Positions 42,201 to 53,690 of a stretch of DNA of 64,000 nucleotides are shown here, piece after piece. The first letter of the stretch is position 1; every line of letters begins with the position of its first letter. The notes under the pieces are model-generated. The model had not been told where the DNA came from. It made no database searches and saw only the letters and a program-made list of their open reading frames with translations. Origin of the DNA: Balanoglossus misakiensis (lineage: Eukaryota; Animalia; Hemichordata); assembly GCA_040954595.2 (NCBI GenBank), contig CM082578.2, positions 8,665,519-8,729,518 of the forward strand, written 5' to 3'. The position numbers and the translations under genes were made by a program.

Positions 42201-45200
42201 ACACCCCCAGAGTGTGTTGATACAGAACTGCTCTAATCAGTTCTAATGATCAAAACGAACGTAACCAGATGCCGACTTCAGCGTAGCAATCTCAGTTTAC
42301 TCTGGCTAATTATATTGGAGTTCTTATCAGTGTTTCGGCGTGCTTAAATGACAACGGTAGTAATGGTTTTGATTTCGATTCGGTTTATTCCTAACAATAG
42401 GCCACAGACTTATAGAGCAAAATATTACATACATATGATTTCAAGTCAGAGAGAGGGATTCCACTTGTTTCAAAATAATGGTATAGAGCAATGAAATTAC
42501 TGATTAGCACCTCACTTACATCTTTGATGAGTAAGGCATGCAGCATAACATCTGTCACACCACTGTCTTGTAATGAAGATAACAACGACGGTTCTTGGAA
42601 CACGTACACAGTCACCAATTCACAAGCTGCAAAGAAAAAAGTAGAAGGATGAGAAAACCTGAATGAATGAAACAACACTTTAACCATTTTGTTACCATGT
42701 CTGCACAATCACGAACCACATGATGACAGGCGTTTGAACTTACCGAGAAGGAAAAGAGATGGTCCATAGTATTCTGCATTGCTGATAACATGCTTCAATG
42801 AACTGGGAAGTGTTCCATCCATTACTGGTGAATCAAAAGAGATGAAATGTTAAAATGGACTTGCTCGCCCTTGAATGAAACAATTTTCTACCTAAATTTC
42901 TTCCAAAGATGAAACACTTCTTGACACTTACCATGCCTGATACTATCTGAAAAGGCTGGATCTTGGATAGCTTTCTTCAAGAAATTCAACATAGACTTCA
43001 ACAAGGCAGCTCTCTGAGGAAAACACTGTTGACCCGGCTTTGCAGGTTCAATATCACTTTGCGACATATCGTCATTCTCGTCGACAATGTAGTCACTTAT
43101 CTCCATCCCACCATTTCCTCCCTCTTGACCAGATCCTACATTGTTTGTATCCATAGCAACCATTTCATCATCGTCCAGATGACTCGGCGATGTTGGATCT
43201 TCGCCCTCCACTCCATCTTCAGCCGGCTGGCTGTTAAATGTCGGCCTTATGACGTATGGGACTTCCTTTCTGCAGATGTCAACTTCATGCTAATTGAAAA
43301 GGTACAACGAAGACTTTGATCAGATAACCTGCTATCAGCTTATCCCAGACTGAGTACAATGTCTGACCACCAGATACGCAAAGTGTTCATGTCATTGGTG
43401 CAATGAGTGCTCAGTATTTCTCGTTTGGTCTTTAATATACACGTATTCATGAGTTTAGAAACAACTCATAACTGCATAACTTTGATCATAAATGATGTGA
43501 TATTAAGACTGAGTACGTCCAAACAAAATGGGTGAACCCGTATGCAATAACAGGTAAACAGAGTGCTTGGCAAGGTGGTGTGTGTTTGGAAATAAACAAT
43601 TGGTGATGAATAAAAGACATCAGCGATCACCACTCTTTCAAAACAGATAAATCTTAATATGGGATCAATTTTATTGCAATGTAAGCAGCAGGACATAAGT
43701 ATTGACTGGAACCGTCAATACCATATGACTGACACAACTGCTATGTTGATCTTGCATTGCCTTTATCACATAAACTGATTGACACAGCATCTGAAGGACC
43801 AAGCAATGCTTTCTTTGGTAGTATGTATTAACAACTATTCCAGAAATAAAGCACGAATAATTATTGTAGAGGAAGCCGATTATTCAGAAACTTTGACAAA
43901 CCAAACTTACCTGCAGTCTATCAACAAAAACTGTCAGACCACTGTGAGTTTGAAATGCTCCCATGTCGAGATTTGTGATCAGATCCACGACCCTGACTGC
44001 TCTCGTCACAAACTGCAACATTATCAGAATTATTCACATGTCATTGTTCAGAGGAGAAAGACTTTAATGTTAGAGAGTAGAAATAACACACCCCAAAAAC
44101 ATGGTTCTATTATGCACATCACAACTTCTAAATAGTTAGTCTCTTTTTCTGCCCTAGGAAAGTCTTGGGGATACTGATAATTTCCTTGGGTAGACAACCA
44201 TATGCTGTTACCCTCATAGCCAGTCAATATGCGTATACTGTTGACCATTGCAGGAATCTATTGATCTTCATCATAGTCTATACTCACAGTAGTATGTGTG
44301 TGTTCATCTCCCGGGTGACTGATCACTTTCAGCAATGACTCCATCATTCCACAGGCAACCAGTGCCTCTCCACCTACAAAAAATAACAGTAGTCATGACA
44401 ACACTTTGAAACAAATTCACCACTAACAAGATGTTTAGTCTGCATTGGTGGATTTCAAAATAAAGCATACATAAGTTCATCTAAACATTGTATATATTTC
44501 ATATATAGTATTTCAAACTAAAACTGAAATAGTGATGCAAGCATACAAATTTGACAAACAAATCAGAATATATATTTTTAACTCAGAATTATGTCTGTAG
44601 GTATTTTGCAGATAGAAAGAGAGAAATCCAGTCCGATTTTTTAGCTCCAATTTGATCTGCCCCAGACGAAAATGTCCAAATGACCACAAGGGACCAAGTG
44701 TGCAAAGAGTTAATGCAAACAATTTTATAATTAAAATTACCAACCTGATTCATAACTGGCCAGATGATACAAGAAAGAAAACAAAGCTGTTGCAAAAGGC
44801 TGTGGAAATGGTTCTGATTTTGGATCTGAAAAAGGAAGATGACCACCATAAGTTAAATCTCTCTGAAATCACATTACAAACACTTTAAATTGCTATGGGC
44901 TGTGTGCCAAATTTCACAAAGAATAGATGACATCATTACTTTGAAATGACCACAGTATAAACAAAATCAAGCTCATGAACAAACATAGAATTGTGGGTAT
45001 TTCTATGTATGTTTTGACCCACATGTATTATTTTTACCACTATGAAATGACTTCTCCTGCATCAGCTGTCCACAGAATATCACAGAAGTTAGCGTGTAAA
45101 AAATATTTTGGAGTAGGCCATTTAGCAAAGACCTGAAGCAAAACAACGTTAATTGAAAGGTAAAATGAAGCAATCACAGCACCTGGAGTATCATACATTA

Positions 45201-48200
45201 ACTTTGTCACTGTGTTGGAATAAGATACGACTCAAGATCAACAGACAAGGGAAAACACTTGTGGTTTATTCTATACCTATCATGCCTTGTATACACCTTC
45301 TGACCAAGACGGGTAGAAAACCATGGTAGGATGATGCCCCAGTGGCATCTATTATAGTGTTCAACCTGCTATTCAGAAAAGAAATGCATGACCTGTTGTT
45401 AGATTTCAAACAAATATTCACAATCTTTGAATTTGTTACGTTAAAGCAGCTTTACATCCATCTTATATGTATTCCCCAACATTGCATTATCATTCAATCT
45501 GTTAGAAACATATGAAAGTCATTTTAGGGCATACAACATTGAATGACCGAAAGGAAAAACTTACTTTGGATTTCTTTCAAGATGAATAATTGATGTTAGC
45601 GTTTTCAATGATGCTGCTTTGATTTCCTATTGAAAAAGGAAACATTATTGTAAGTGTATGACCACACAAAATATTCTGCATTCAGGGGAATCATGCAATA
45701 AGTAGGGGACTAGGTCAAGGTTTGAACTAAGGTTGTGGAAATGACAACCTGTAACTGAACTGTATATTTTCATTTGCAAATTTCAGGGTTTTTTCTATGA
45801 AAATAATGATAGGTTTTGATCAGTGTTTATATTTCCTTGTAACTTGTCTCTGATACATTCCTCGGAAAATTAAAAACAGAGAACAACTTTGTCATGACTA
45901 ATATGCACTACTCACCATAAGTCTGGTATCTTTCAACTCCAGTACATCTACTAATTCTTCTATCAAACCATTATACAATAGAGTATTTGACACATCTTGA
46001 ATTGCACTAGAATACACTGAAATAGTAGAAAATAATATTTAATATCATGCATGGAATTTTACCAGTGAGTATAACTATTCTTGCCATGTGGGCAGGACAT
46101 TGTTTGTGTCTTTGTATTTTATTAATATGATTTCATACTTGAAAATAGTGATATAAAACTAAGAAATCAAGCTGGCAGGAATGGAATTCCCGTACCTAGT
46201 ATCAATACATACATATCTAAACAACTATATCACAGACAAAAAGCCGTATTGGCAAACATTGGTAACTTACCTAAAATTGACAGAGCCTGAAGTCTGGCTT
46301 GAACACTAAGAAGTCGCTTTTCACGGTTTGAAAATCCATGAGCTAGTCTTATATGTGTAAATAATGCAACCTGCAATGGAAAAACAAAAAGGATGATAAA
46401 ATCAGTGGAAACTGAGGCCATTTGCATAGGAAATCTGCACACAAAAAAAACAAGTGTCATACAATGGAACATTTTAGGACCATCTCTGCATTACTTTTAT
46501 TTGAAACATAACTTCCGATCAACAAACGATCCTTCTGCTCCTAGTACTATACATGTACAGTAAAACCTGTCAAAACCGGACCCTGGTAAAACCGGACCAC
46601 TGTCCATACCGAACGATTTTTTCAGTCCCTGCCCACTCCCATAGACGCCCTGTGTTAAAAAACCTCTGCAGACCGGCCACTGTCTACTGTGGAAACCGGA
46701 CGAGATTTCGAGCGAAAACCGGACGGAACGACTGTTTGAAGACGGCATCTTTTCAAGTTTCTTTGTTTTTGCTACATTAAAGATATGATGAATCACTGTC
46801 TTTTGTCTTTGAGTTTTGTTTTGACCAATTTAACAAGCAATCAACGGCGTGGAGCTGTCACTCAAGCAAGGCGTGAACGCATTCTATTGTTCGACTCGTT
46901 TGTCGCATATTTTTGACAAGTGGAGTGTCACCGCAGTAATGAGCTCTGTTGTCGGCTGATCAAACATAACGTTTCCCCGTGTCATTTTTTTCGGACGGTC
47001 AAAGCTATGAAGGCACATTCAATCAGAGCGATGTATACGAGCGCGTCTGTCCTGGCTAGCAACGGAGTCGTACGATCGTCTGCCGCGCGCGCTGGGCCGG
47101 GCGCGTGCGGTTGTAGATTGCTCCATCACTTCCGCGTTCGGCGGCGCTAGTGCGTTCGCTCGCATATTTTGCGAGTCCAGCTGTAGCTAGGCCGTTCGTG
47201 AGTGTAGTTCTCGTTCACATAAAAAAAAGGAAAAATATTTATTGTGTATTCGTTTAGACCTATGCTAAATTATCCATACACTTTATTGTTCCATGACGCC
47301 CGTGGTCGTACATGCGTATGTATGTATACGGTCGATGTGTGAAACACGGCCGGATCGGAAAACTTTTGACCACGCCCACCCCTCCAAACCGGACCACTGT
47401 TCAAACCGGACAGATTTCTCAGTCCCCCCAGAGTCCGGTTTTGACAGGTTTTACTGTAGTTACCTGTTTGTCTTTGGGAACATCATATGTCTTGATCAGA
47501 TCTTCCATGATCAGTGCTGGGGAGTCAGCAACCTTGGAAATAATCACAGAAAAACTTCTAGTATTCACATGATACAAACTGAACAAGGACATTGCATACC
47601 TATACACTTTTATTTAATTATTTGTAACATTATCTCCAGAACATCTTACATAAAGCTACCGGTTATCAACAGCAGAAGCTCTTTACTTCAACAACAGGTA
47701 TCCAAAACAAAAGTGTTCTGTTCCATTACATCATCTCTTATTTCAGTGCCTCCCTATTGCTGTTCAGAAAATACGAAAAACATCACAGTCCGAGTCAGGA
47801 CAAGAGATGATCATTCCACATGCTGAGCTGTGTGTAGCAGAGTGTTCCAAGAAATACCAGACGCTTACCTTATCAACATTTTCTACGTGAATTACTGATA
47901 GCGTGTTGCCAGATGTCTTCTTGGGTGTCCTGCCATCTTTAGATTCAGAGTAGAATTCGAAATGGAGAGTTGTGGCACTCATGGGAAATTCCTGGAAGTA
48001 GAAGATTAATGCAAATAAGTAATATAACAATTTCACATTAATTTAATAAACAATGGTACAGCAACACCTCCATCCCCACACTACATGCACACCACTCGTC
48101 CATACCTGATTTGGAAGATCTTGGCAGCACTGTGCCAATCCAAAGCCGTTGTCTTTTCCACCCCAACTTTCTGCTAAGTAAGTTAACCTACTGAGCAAGG

Positions 48201-50908
48201 CTGCCCTCTTGTCTCCTGCTAGCTTGATTATGAAATTAGACCTCTTACTGTATAAACGCAAAAAAAGACAAGTACCGGATTAGTAAACTTGACATACATG
48301 TATACAAAGATTTTGATCTCTGTCAATTGGTATACAAAGTGTTTTAATTAATGAAAATATTCATTTTAATAGATCCTTGACATTTTGTGAAGCTGTCTTT
48401 ACTCCCCATTTTAACCCTTTCACCCCCAGTTCCTTTATAGAGGTCCAACTTTACCATAGTAAACAATGGATTTGGACCAAACCATGGTGGATGAAAGGGT
48501 TAAGCCACATTTACAACTGTAAACACTCACCTAAATACATACACCAAGTTGAGTACAGCCAATACTGTAAACATATCAGATGAGGATAACAGAGTTGTGA
48601 GGTGCTGTGTGGAAACAAAAATAAAATCCTTTAAGATTCGCAAACAAGCATTAGATGATTCAAGATATACACGTCTTGACTTAGCAAAGTTTCACTTTCA
48701 CAAGTACAAAACACTTTCTTACTGGGAAATTATTCGTCAGGACTATGTTCAAGTGAAGCATAGCTTCTGTTTTTGGTTCTTACCTCCATTGAATTGTATA
48801 GATGCCTGGAGAAGCTATGCTCTATCAGCAGGGCAGTGAAGTACAGCATGCTATGGAGCAATTGTTTTAACTGTAAAACATAAAACATTCATTTATTTCA
48901 CCTTGAGGCTGTGATTTGCATCATTTTCCGCTGAGTTACACTAGTACACAAAATAATTAGGAAAAAGACTTTTCACTCATTTTTCATAAGTACATAATCA
49001 AAGATAAACTAACAGATTCTATGAATGAGTTTGCTGTAACCTGTCTTATTATAATTATGAGAAGCATCTCATCTCACGAGAGTAAGAATTAACTATACAG
49101 TTGCATATTTTTTCTCTGTATGCACAAGGTTTCATCTTTGGCTCAAACTTCTACTACTGGTACTTCATGAAACCTTTGTGTATCCCATGGCAACACACAA
49201 AGGAAAAAACACCCATTGCATATAATTAGAACACAGTCATTACTAACGACCAATAACACAGCATTTTAACAGAATTATTGGGCTGTCATTCTACAATAAA
49301 CCACATCTTCTTACCTTTTGATTTTCTGGTACATCACAGGGTAACACCCAGATGACTTCCGAAGCAGTTTTACATGCTGCTTCAAGGATGGCGTCAAACT
49401 TGTCCAAAATATCAATCCAATGATACAGTTCACACTGTAAACACAGTCACAGAAATATATTATTACACCACCAAAAACTGCTGGTCACAATGATCAGTGG
49501 TGTAGATAATTGCCAGACACTGATAAAATACCCATCTGAACTCAGATTGAGACTGACTATGTTCATAAATGCTATAAAAATACTTTCATATTACATGTGA
49601 ATACTAATGATTCATGTCCATCTGTTTCGTCTAGTATAAACATATTCATGTTTACATATTTTTTAATTTTACAGTGACAGTACGCAAAATATAATACTAT
49701 TGTTGCATACAAAATGCTTCAGTATCAAAAAAGACTACAAACAGAAATCAACTCACCTTGCCATAATTCCAAGACTTAATCTGTTTTAATTCAATTAAAA
49801 GCTCGTCATCATTGCATGCCCTCAGTTTCTCGATCAGTGCTTTGCAATCAGCAGGCTGTAAAAAAAATTACAAGAATTTTTTACAATGCAAACCAATTTT
49901 CAAAGAAGTCTGACCAGTAGTTCTCGAGTTTTTAATTAATCAGCTGGTTTGCATTATTTTGGTATCCCCGGTAGTGGCAATTTTATTGAATAAAATCCAA
50001 CCCACACATGCATCTGCATATATACAACAAATACCAAAAAGGTGATCATACTGCATTTCTCAAGTTTCTGCAGTAGACGGATATAAATATGGAATATCAC
50101 AGATTTTTTTTTTCAACTTGTAACACAAGAATTTTCCTCCTTCACAACAAAATTGTTAACATCTTTGATAATGTCAAAACAGACATGATCTAAATGCCAC
50201 ATTTAATGCAAATGAAACGTATACTGGTATAGTACTTCTATAGTGCATGCCCTAATGAGAATATCAATGTGGTAGGGGTCAATCAACAAGTAGGTCAATT
50301 TTTATGTTCAGTGAAATTTGCTCTGAAAGGGCGAGTTCCAAAGCGACATTTATACAGTCAGCATACTCTAGAGTCCTAAGCCAGCCACTTATATCTAAAA
50401 ATAAATCCCACTTAACTAGCAACACCAAAATTTACGATGATATCACAACAATCATATTCTTAATGGAAGAAAATGAATAAAGGTCAATAATTATCAAATA
50501 AAAGTCTTCACAAAACTTTCTATTTAAATTTGTGAGGTTTGTGTGGATATTAGTATTACATTCAAATTTACATTAATTTTTTTTGTACAAACTGTTCCCT
50601 TTTTCAGTCACCTGTCTTTGAAAAAAATGATGTTGACAGGAGAGGATCATGTAACTACTGTCCTGAATTAGCATTTCCCCAGTTCATCATTTTGAAGTGT
50701 TCCTTTGTCTTCTAAAAACAGTGCAGCTCAAAAACAAAATGATTGCAAGTCTACTGAATTTTCACACAGTCATATTGAAAGATACGGCAGTGAAGGCACC
50801 CTGATAATCAATGTGATTTATACTGACTCGGCAGGAAATGTATTTTATGGATATTGTACTTACCACTTCCGAGACACTCTTCTTCAGTTTACTTCGATCA
50901 ACCTTCAT
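12550..50908 (-). CDS. HUWE1: E3 ubiquitin-protein ligase HUWE1 (Mule/ARF-BP1), multi-exon, start to stop
   Basis: First coding exon 50908-50864 [15 protein letters not shown] splices to [11 protein letters not shown] (human MKVDRTKLKK...PADCRALIDKL). ARM-region exons include [22 protein letters not shown] and [19 protein letters not shown]. Ends ...LPVAHTC|[33 protein letters not shown] (TAA 12552-12550). Not all internal exon boundaries were resolved. Confidence 0.97.
16360..16452. mobile_element. ~90-bp TTAA-flanked MITE (piggyBac-like CCC termini), family copy
   Basis: TTAA-CCCTTTCACC...GGTGAAAGAG-TTAA; related copies elsewhere in the window and a fragment at ~14270-14291. Confidence 0.8.
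19700..20445 (-). other. HUWE1: HUWE1 UBM repeats
   Basis: [58 protein letters not shown]. Confidence 0.9.
26850..27018. mobile_element. TTAA-flanked MITE with AGG...CCT termini (Kolobok-like)
   Basis: TTAA-AGGTATACAGTCACCT ... AGGCGACCGTATACCT-TTAA; 14/16 terminal inverted repeat. Confidence 0.75.
28278..28370. mobile_element. Same TTAA MITE family, opposite orientation
   Basis: CTAA-CCCTTTCACCACAATGGTTTGGTCC...GGGGTGAAAGAG-TTAA. Confidence 0.75.
30502..30537 (-). other. HUWE1: HUWE1 BH3 motif [12 protein letters not shown]
   Basis: Lies downstream of the WWE domain and aligns with the human Mule BH3 EVGQLLQDMGDDV; fits L-x3-G-D-x-F. Confidence 0.85.
30913..30987 (-). ncRNA. Candidate box C/D snoRNA with antisense element to 18S rRNA
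   Basis: Minus strand: tga-tc-GTAATGA (C-like, one mismatch) ... GCATCAGACTTGCC-CTGA-tca. The guide is complementary (one G-U) to conserved 18S GGCAAGUCUGGUGC. Confidence 0.5.
33607..36110 (-). other. HUWE1: HUWE1 UBA ([15 protein letters not shown]), UIM ([14 protein letters not shown]) and WWE ([15 protein letters not shown]...GRRRYTVQF) exons
   Basis: Motifs in ORF-track translations, in the known HUWE1 domain order. Confidence 0.9.
39574..39716 (-). ncRNA. Intronic H/ACA snoRNA candidate, paralog A
   Basis: Hairpin GCATTGC...GCAATGC, H box AAAGTA (39656-39651), second hairpin GCAGTGGATG...CATCTGCTGC, ACA (39579-39577); sense to the host, ~80 nt from the 3' splice site. Confidence 0.75.
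39796..39887. mobile_element. Same TTAA MITE family
   Basis: TTAA-CCCCTTCACCCCCAGT...CCATGGTGGTGAAAGG-TTAA. Confidence 0.8.
41375..41509 (-). ncRNA. Intronic H/ACA snoRNA candidate, paralog B
   Basis: Hairpin GCATTGC...GCAATGC, H box AGATCA (41450-41445), second hairpin, ACA (41380-41378); 135 nt. Confidence 0.8.
41963..42360. mobile_element. ~400-bp foldback MITE with TA target duplication
   Basis: TA-CTACCGTTGTCATTTAAGCA...TGCTTAAATGACAACGGTAG-TA; arms pair over ~170 bp, near-perfectly over the outer ~70 bp. Confidence 0.9.
43677..43811 (-). ncRNA. Intronic H/ACA snoRNA candidate, paralog C
   Basis: Near-identical to paralog B; H box AGATCA (43752-43747), ACA (43682-43680). Confidence 0.8.
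46558..47456. mobile_element. 899-bp non-autonomous Tc1/mariner-superfamily (pogo/Tigger-like) element
   Basis: TA-CAGTAAAACCTGTCAAAACCGGAC ... GTCCGGTTTTGACAGGTTTTACTG-TA: perfect 24-bp TIR, multiple subterminal AAACCGGAC repeats, no transposase ORF. Confidence 0.92.
48411..48503. mobile_element. Same TTAA MITE family
   Basis: TTAA-CCCTTTCACCCCCAGT...CCATGGTGGATGAAAGGG-TTAA. Confidence 0.8.
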
Positions 50909-51855
50909 ATTGCGATGACAGAAACTGCATAATCTTGAGTTAAAGATATGAACTGTAGAATACCACTACCCTGTTCAAAAAGAGATGAAATTATGTAAAT
51001 GAAGAAGCTTCTAAAACATATGCATACTGTCTGCATTACAAAGTTTTCTTACCTGATATAACATATCTTATCATCCTATGGATGGAAACCTTCAGATACA
51101 ATGTATCACAATGTTTTTAAATAGAAAGCAATTAGCAGTGATTTTAAGTCTAACTCTATATCCCACTACTAAATACAGCTTTCCACAAACTGGATGAACA
51201 TTCAAGGTTTAAATGCCAGGCTTTACTTGCACAATTTTAAATCTTGTAGAGTGGTACAATACATTCTGAGTTCATTATTTGTGTTTTGTATGTGCCATTC
51301 ACAATTCCCAACAAAACTGCTGTTCAGGGTGGCCCACTGTTTTACATGTATATGTATAATACAACAGTGGAAAGAACATGTATACTATAATACACATCAC
51401 TTCCCACTTCAAACCCATGTTATTTCAGAAATTTTAGCAACTGCAGAGTGTCTCAAAAGATGAGACAAAAATCTCTAGTAAGTTACATTTATGTAAATTT
51501 TTATATTTCGTATATCCTGAAGACACAAAGACATTTCTAGTATTCCTCAGTGACTCCTCTCATCTCGGCCAGGCAGTCATGTTATGTAATTTACAACACA
51601 GGTGCAAGAAAAAATGGACATACATGTACTTTACTTTTTTGTATCACACTGTCACAATAATTTGATCTTTGAACTATTCACTGTACATCACTGTAATTTG
51701 TGACAGGTACTGCACGTTTGCGAACAAATGCTTCATTTGGTTTAATGACTGGAATGTTGAGCAAAATCGTCATAATTTTGTAGAGTACGAACATTCAATG
51801 TACAATGTATGAGCCTCAAATATTTCCCCATCTCTCCTCGTTCTGATCTCCTGCC

Positions 51856-51942
51856 TTAACCCTTTCATCACCATGGCTTGGTCCAAACCTTTTGATTTCT
51901 ATGGTAAAGATGGACCACTATACAGGGAAATGGGGTGAAAGG
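51856..51942. mobile_element. Same TTAA MITE family, opposite orientation, degenerate right end
   Basis: TTAA-CCCTTTCATCACCATGG...GGGGTGAAAGG. Confidence 0.7.
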
Positions 51943-52149
51943 CTGTTTTAAATACATGTTCTCCAGAACTGAATTTTAACAGCTGACAAAATCTGATTTT
52001 GTTCATTTACATGTACGTTTACATGTAATGTATGGTAGCCAAAAATGCACCAACTGGAATTACATGTAATTTAACTGTCAACTGCAGACATTCTTATATG
52101 ATAAGAACTCACAGAGCAAGCTAGTAACTGTAAAAATTTGTCATGAGAT

Positions 52150-52357
52150 TTGTCAGTGTTGAGCAGGGAACCGTCCTGGATACCACTGATTCCAGCAGCT
52201 ATGCAAACCACAAGACTGGGGGACTTGTAGGACACACTGGTATCCCGACTTCACGGATAGAATAACGCAGGGGGTTGTGGTGCAGTTTGCGTTCTGAGCG
52301 TGTGCGTTAGCCATGTAATAGACGCTATGTTGAACGCAAATTATATCATCATGCATT
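52150..52357 (-). ncRNA. Candidate long (~200 nt) box C/D sno/scaRNA in a probable HUWE1 5'UTR intron
   Basis: ATGATGA (52352-52346) ... CTGA (52156-52153) enclose two hairpins (TTTGCGTTC/GAACGCAAA; GGATACCA/TGGTATCC); GC-richer than the flanks; terminal stem weak. Confidence 0.4.
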
Positions 52358-53263
52358 GCAGATACCCTATTCGAGAAGTGGTGACGGGTCTATGGAACTT
52401 TGCTTGCTTTACTGTAACACAGGGCACTCACCTGCCGTGAGTGTTACAGATCTATCAAGTAATAAGTCCATGGACAAACAGACATTTGCAATTGACAAGT
52501 TATCTATCAAAGTTGCTTTGAAAGTAATCAAACTGAGAACTGTGGATACATATTCATGGAGAGTTATTTCCATTAAAATATAGGGAAATAAAAATTGTGT
52601 CACTCAAAATTATATGATTGCAAAACACTTGATGATGATTGATTAGGGTCATTAGCATATATATTTTGCAAATCCTGGTCTGCTTGTGATAACACTACAT
52701 CACAGGTAGACCGTTATTCATTTATATAGTGGCGGTTTAATTCACAATAGCATGAATGCTTGCCAAGTATACTATAACTGACTCGTATTATTGTGTGTTC
52801 ATCAATGCACTGTCACTGGTCTAAATTAATGCCGCCATTTTAGTTGAGTTCAGCGCAATGGATCATCTACTCATGAGTAGTCCACGCTCATCACGTAATT
52901 GACTCTGCAATACCGATAACAAAATCTACAAACTGACACATATCGAATGGTCAAAACAGCTACAAACATACCGACAATATTTGACGACGAAAATCAATTA
53001 CCACACTGAAATTCTGCAGACTCATGTCCTGATGCTGTAGACTGTAACGCAAGACATGCACTGTACATTGTAGAAATTTCAAATCATCGTCACGATGACG
53101 AAAATGATTTTTGGGACTGATTTGAAACTAGATAGATGGTGAGATTTTATTTTCACGTACGTGCAACACAAATGCATCATTGCACTTTCGCTCGCCGAGT
53201 TTTCATTCAATTTTCTTAACACAATTAAATCCTGACACGCAATTCATGATGGACAGATTCAAT

Positions 53264-53690
53264 ACTCACATGTAATGGTCGCCATACTGCCTGTCCGTAA
53301 GAACTGCGCGCAAGACACCCGGATGTACGATGTATACCCTCGTTCAGCAGGTACAGCTTGACGAGTTGATGCCAAATTTGTCAGGAAATGAGAAGGGCAG
53401 TTAAATTGTACTAAATTCAAAAAGATAAATTGCTACCATGTGCATTTCATTCGAAATGTTCGCAATTCTTCAATATTGTTGACTGTTTGGGGTCATCATG
53501 ATAAATATTGTTACTGTATGTTGAGGGCGCTATAGCCAATCAGTGATACTGTACATGGTAGTACATTCATACAATACAACATATGAACACAAGATAAGTG
53601 ATACGAGTGTTTAAATAGTGTATGGTAAGGAAGACGTCAGGACTCGTTCAAACACGATGACAGATTGAATTCGCCGTTTGTAAGTGCCGA
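53264..53690. promoter_or_regulatory. Probable divergent promoter region between HUWE1 (-) and the amidase (+)
   Basis: Minus-strand donor GTGAGT at 53269-53264 and plus-strand GTAAGT at ~53680 face outward; YY1-like CGCCAT (~53280), ETS-like CCGGATGT (~53319) and CCAAT (~53535) lie between them. Confidence 0.4.

Noticed and set aside
44048-44274. Composite C/D-H/ACA scaRNA-like layout
   Set aside because: The central hairpin pairs better on the opposite strand and lacks a pocket; no target found.
12550-53270. let-7/miR-98 hairpins, as in vertebrate HUWE1 introns
   Set aside because: No let-7 mature sequence found by eye on either strand; the closest (AACTATACAG at ~49091) lacks the seed.
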